A stretch of 64,000 nt of DNA from Eledone cirrhosa (taxonomy: Eukaryota), in NCBI GenBank assembly GCA_964016885.1, contig OZ024765.1:3658001-3722000 (forward strand), given 5' to 3'. Positions 63,726-64,000 of this stretch are shown in pieces. A model generated the notes under the pieces. It had not been told where the DNA came from, did not search any database, and saw only the letters and a list, made by a program, of their open reading frames with translations. How positions within the stretch are numbered: the stretch's first letter is position 1; each line of letters starts with the position of its first letter. The position numbers and the translations under genes were made by a program.

Positions 63726-64000
63726 AACACCAGATCTTAGTCTGTTGAGGCAGTTCCACACTGCATAGTTTGTATCTGTTCCGGTGAGAAATCCTTCCCT
63801 GGTTCACCTCCACTGCTCTCTGTTTCGTTTTGGTCATGTCAGGGGTGTAGCTGTACTCACCACGCTTGACCAATTGCAGGTTGGTGAGTTTATTTAACTG
63901 ATAGCTGGGTTAGATGGCTGTTGACTCTGAGGAATTATCTGCCCTTTTAACAACTCCTGTTTTTTTGTGCTGCTGGAGATCCACTTATCCTCATCACAAT

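Overview
Eukaryotic, AT-rich, very repeat-dense genomic DNA. The SINE families and the (TA)n/(CA)n load suggest a coleoid cephalopod such as Octopus (inference). Four housekeeping genes were assembled by hand with GT-AG introns and consistent phases: STK16 (+, 7 coding exons, 4709-22877, 308 aa), BCS1L (-, 4 coding exons, 33109-26490, 421 aa), ORMDL (+, 3 coding exons, 48748-52245, 153 aa) and a TMEM69/DUF3429-like single-exon ORF (+, 61321-62199). The rest is SINEs, Tx1-, RTE- and CR1-like LINE fragments, piggyBac-, hAT- and Tc1/pogo-type MITEs, microsatellites and minisatellites. Four non-genic signals stand out. (1) A dense set of type I hammerhead-ribozyme motifs (CUGANGA-stem II-GAAA-short or palindromic stem III-UH-stem I) of Penelope pseudo-LTR style sits in (TA)n tracts, several in the sense strand of BCS1L and ORMDL introns. 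(2) Tandem arrays and degenerate duplicates are built from the genes' own 3' splice-site/exon junctions. (3) Inverted satellite arrays could fold pre-mRNA into long dsRNA, including one pair bracketing STK16 exons 5-6. (4) Almost every mobile family here has seeded its own minisatellite. Repeat boundaries are approximate and no database search was possible.
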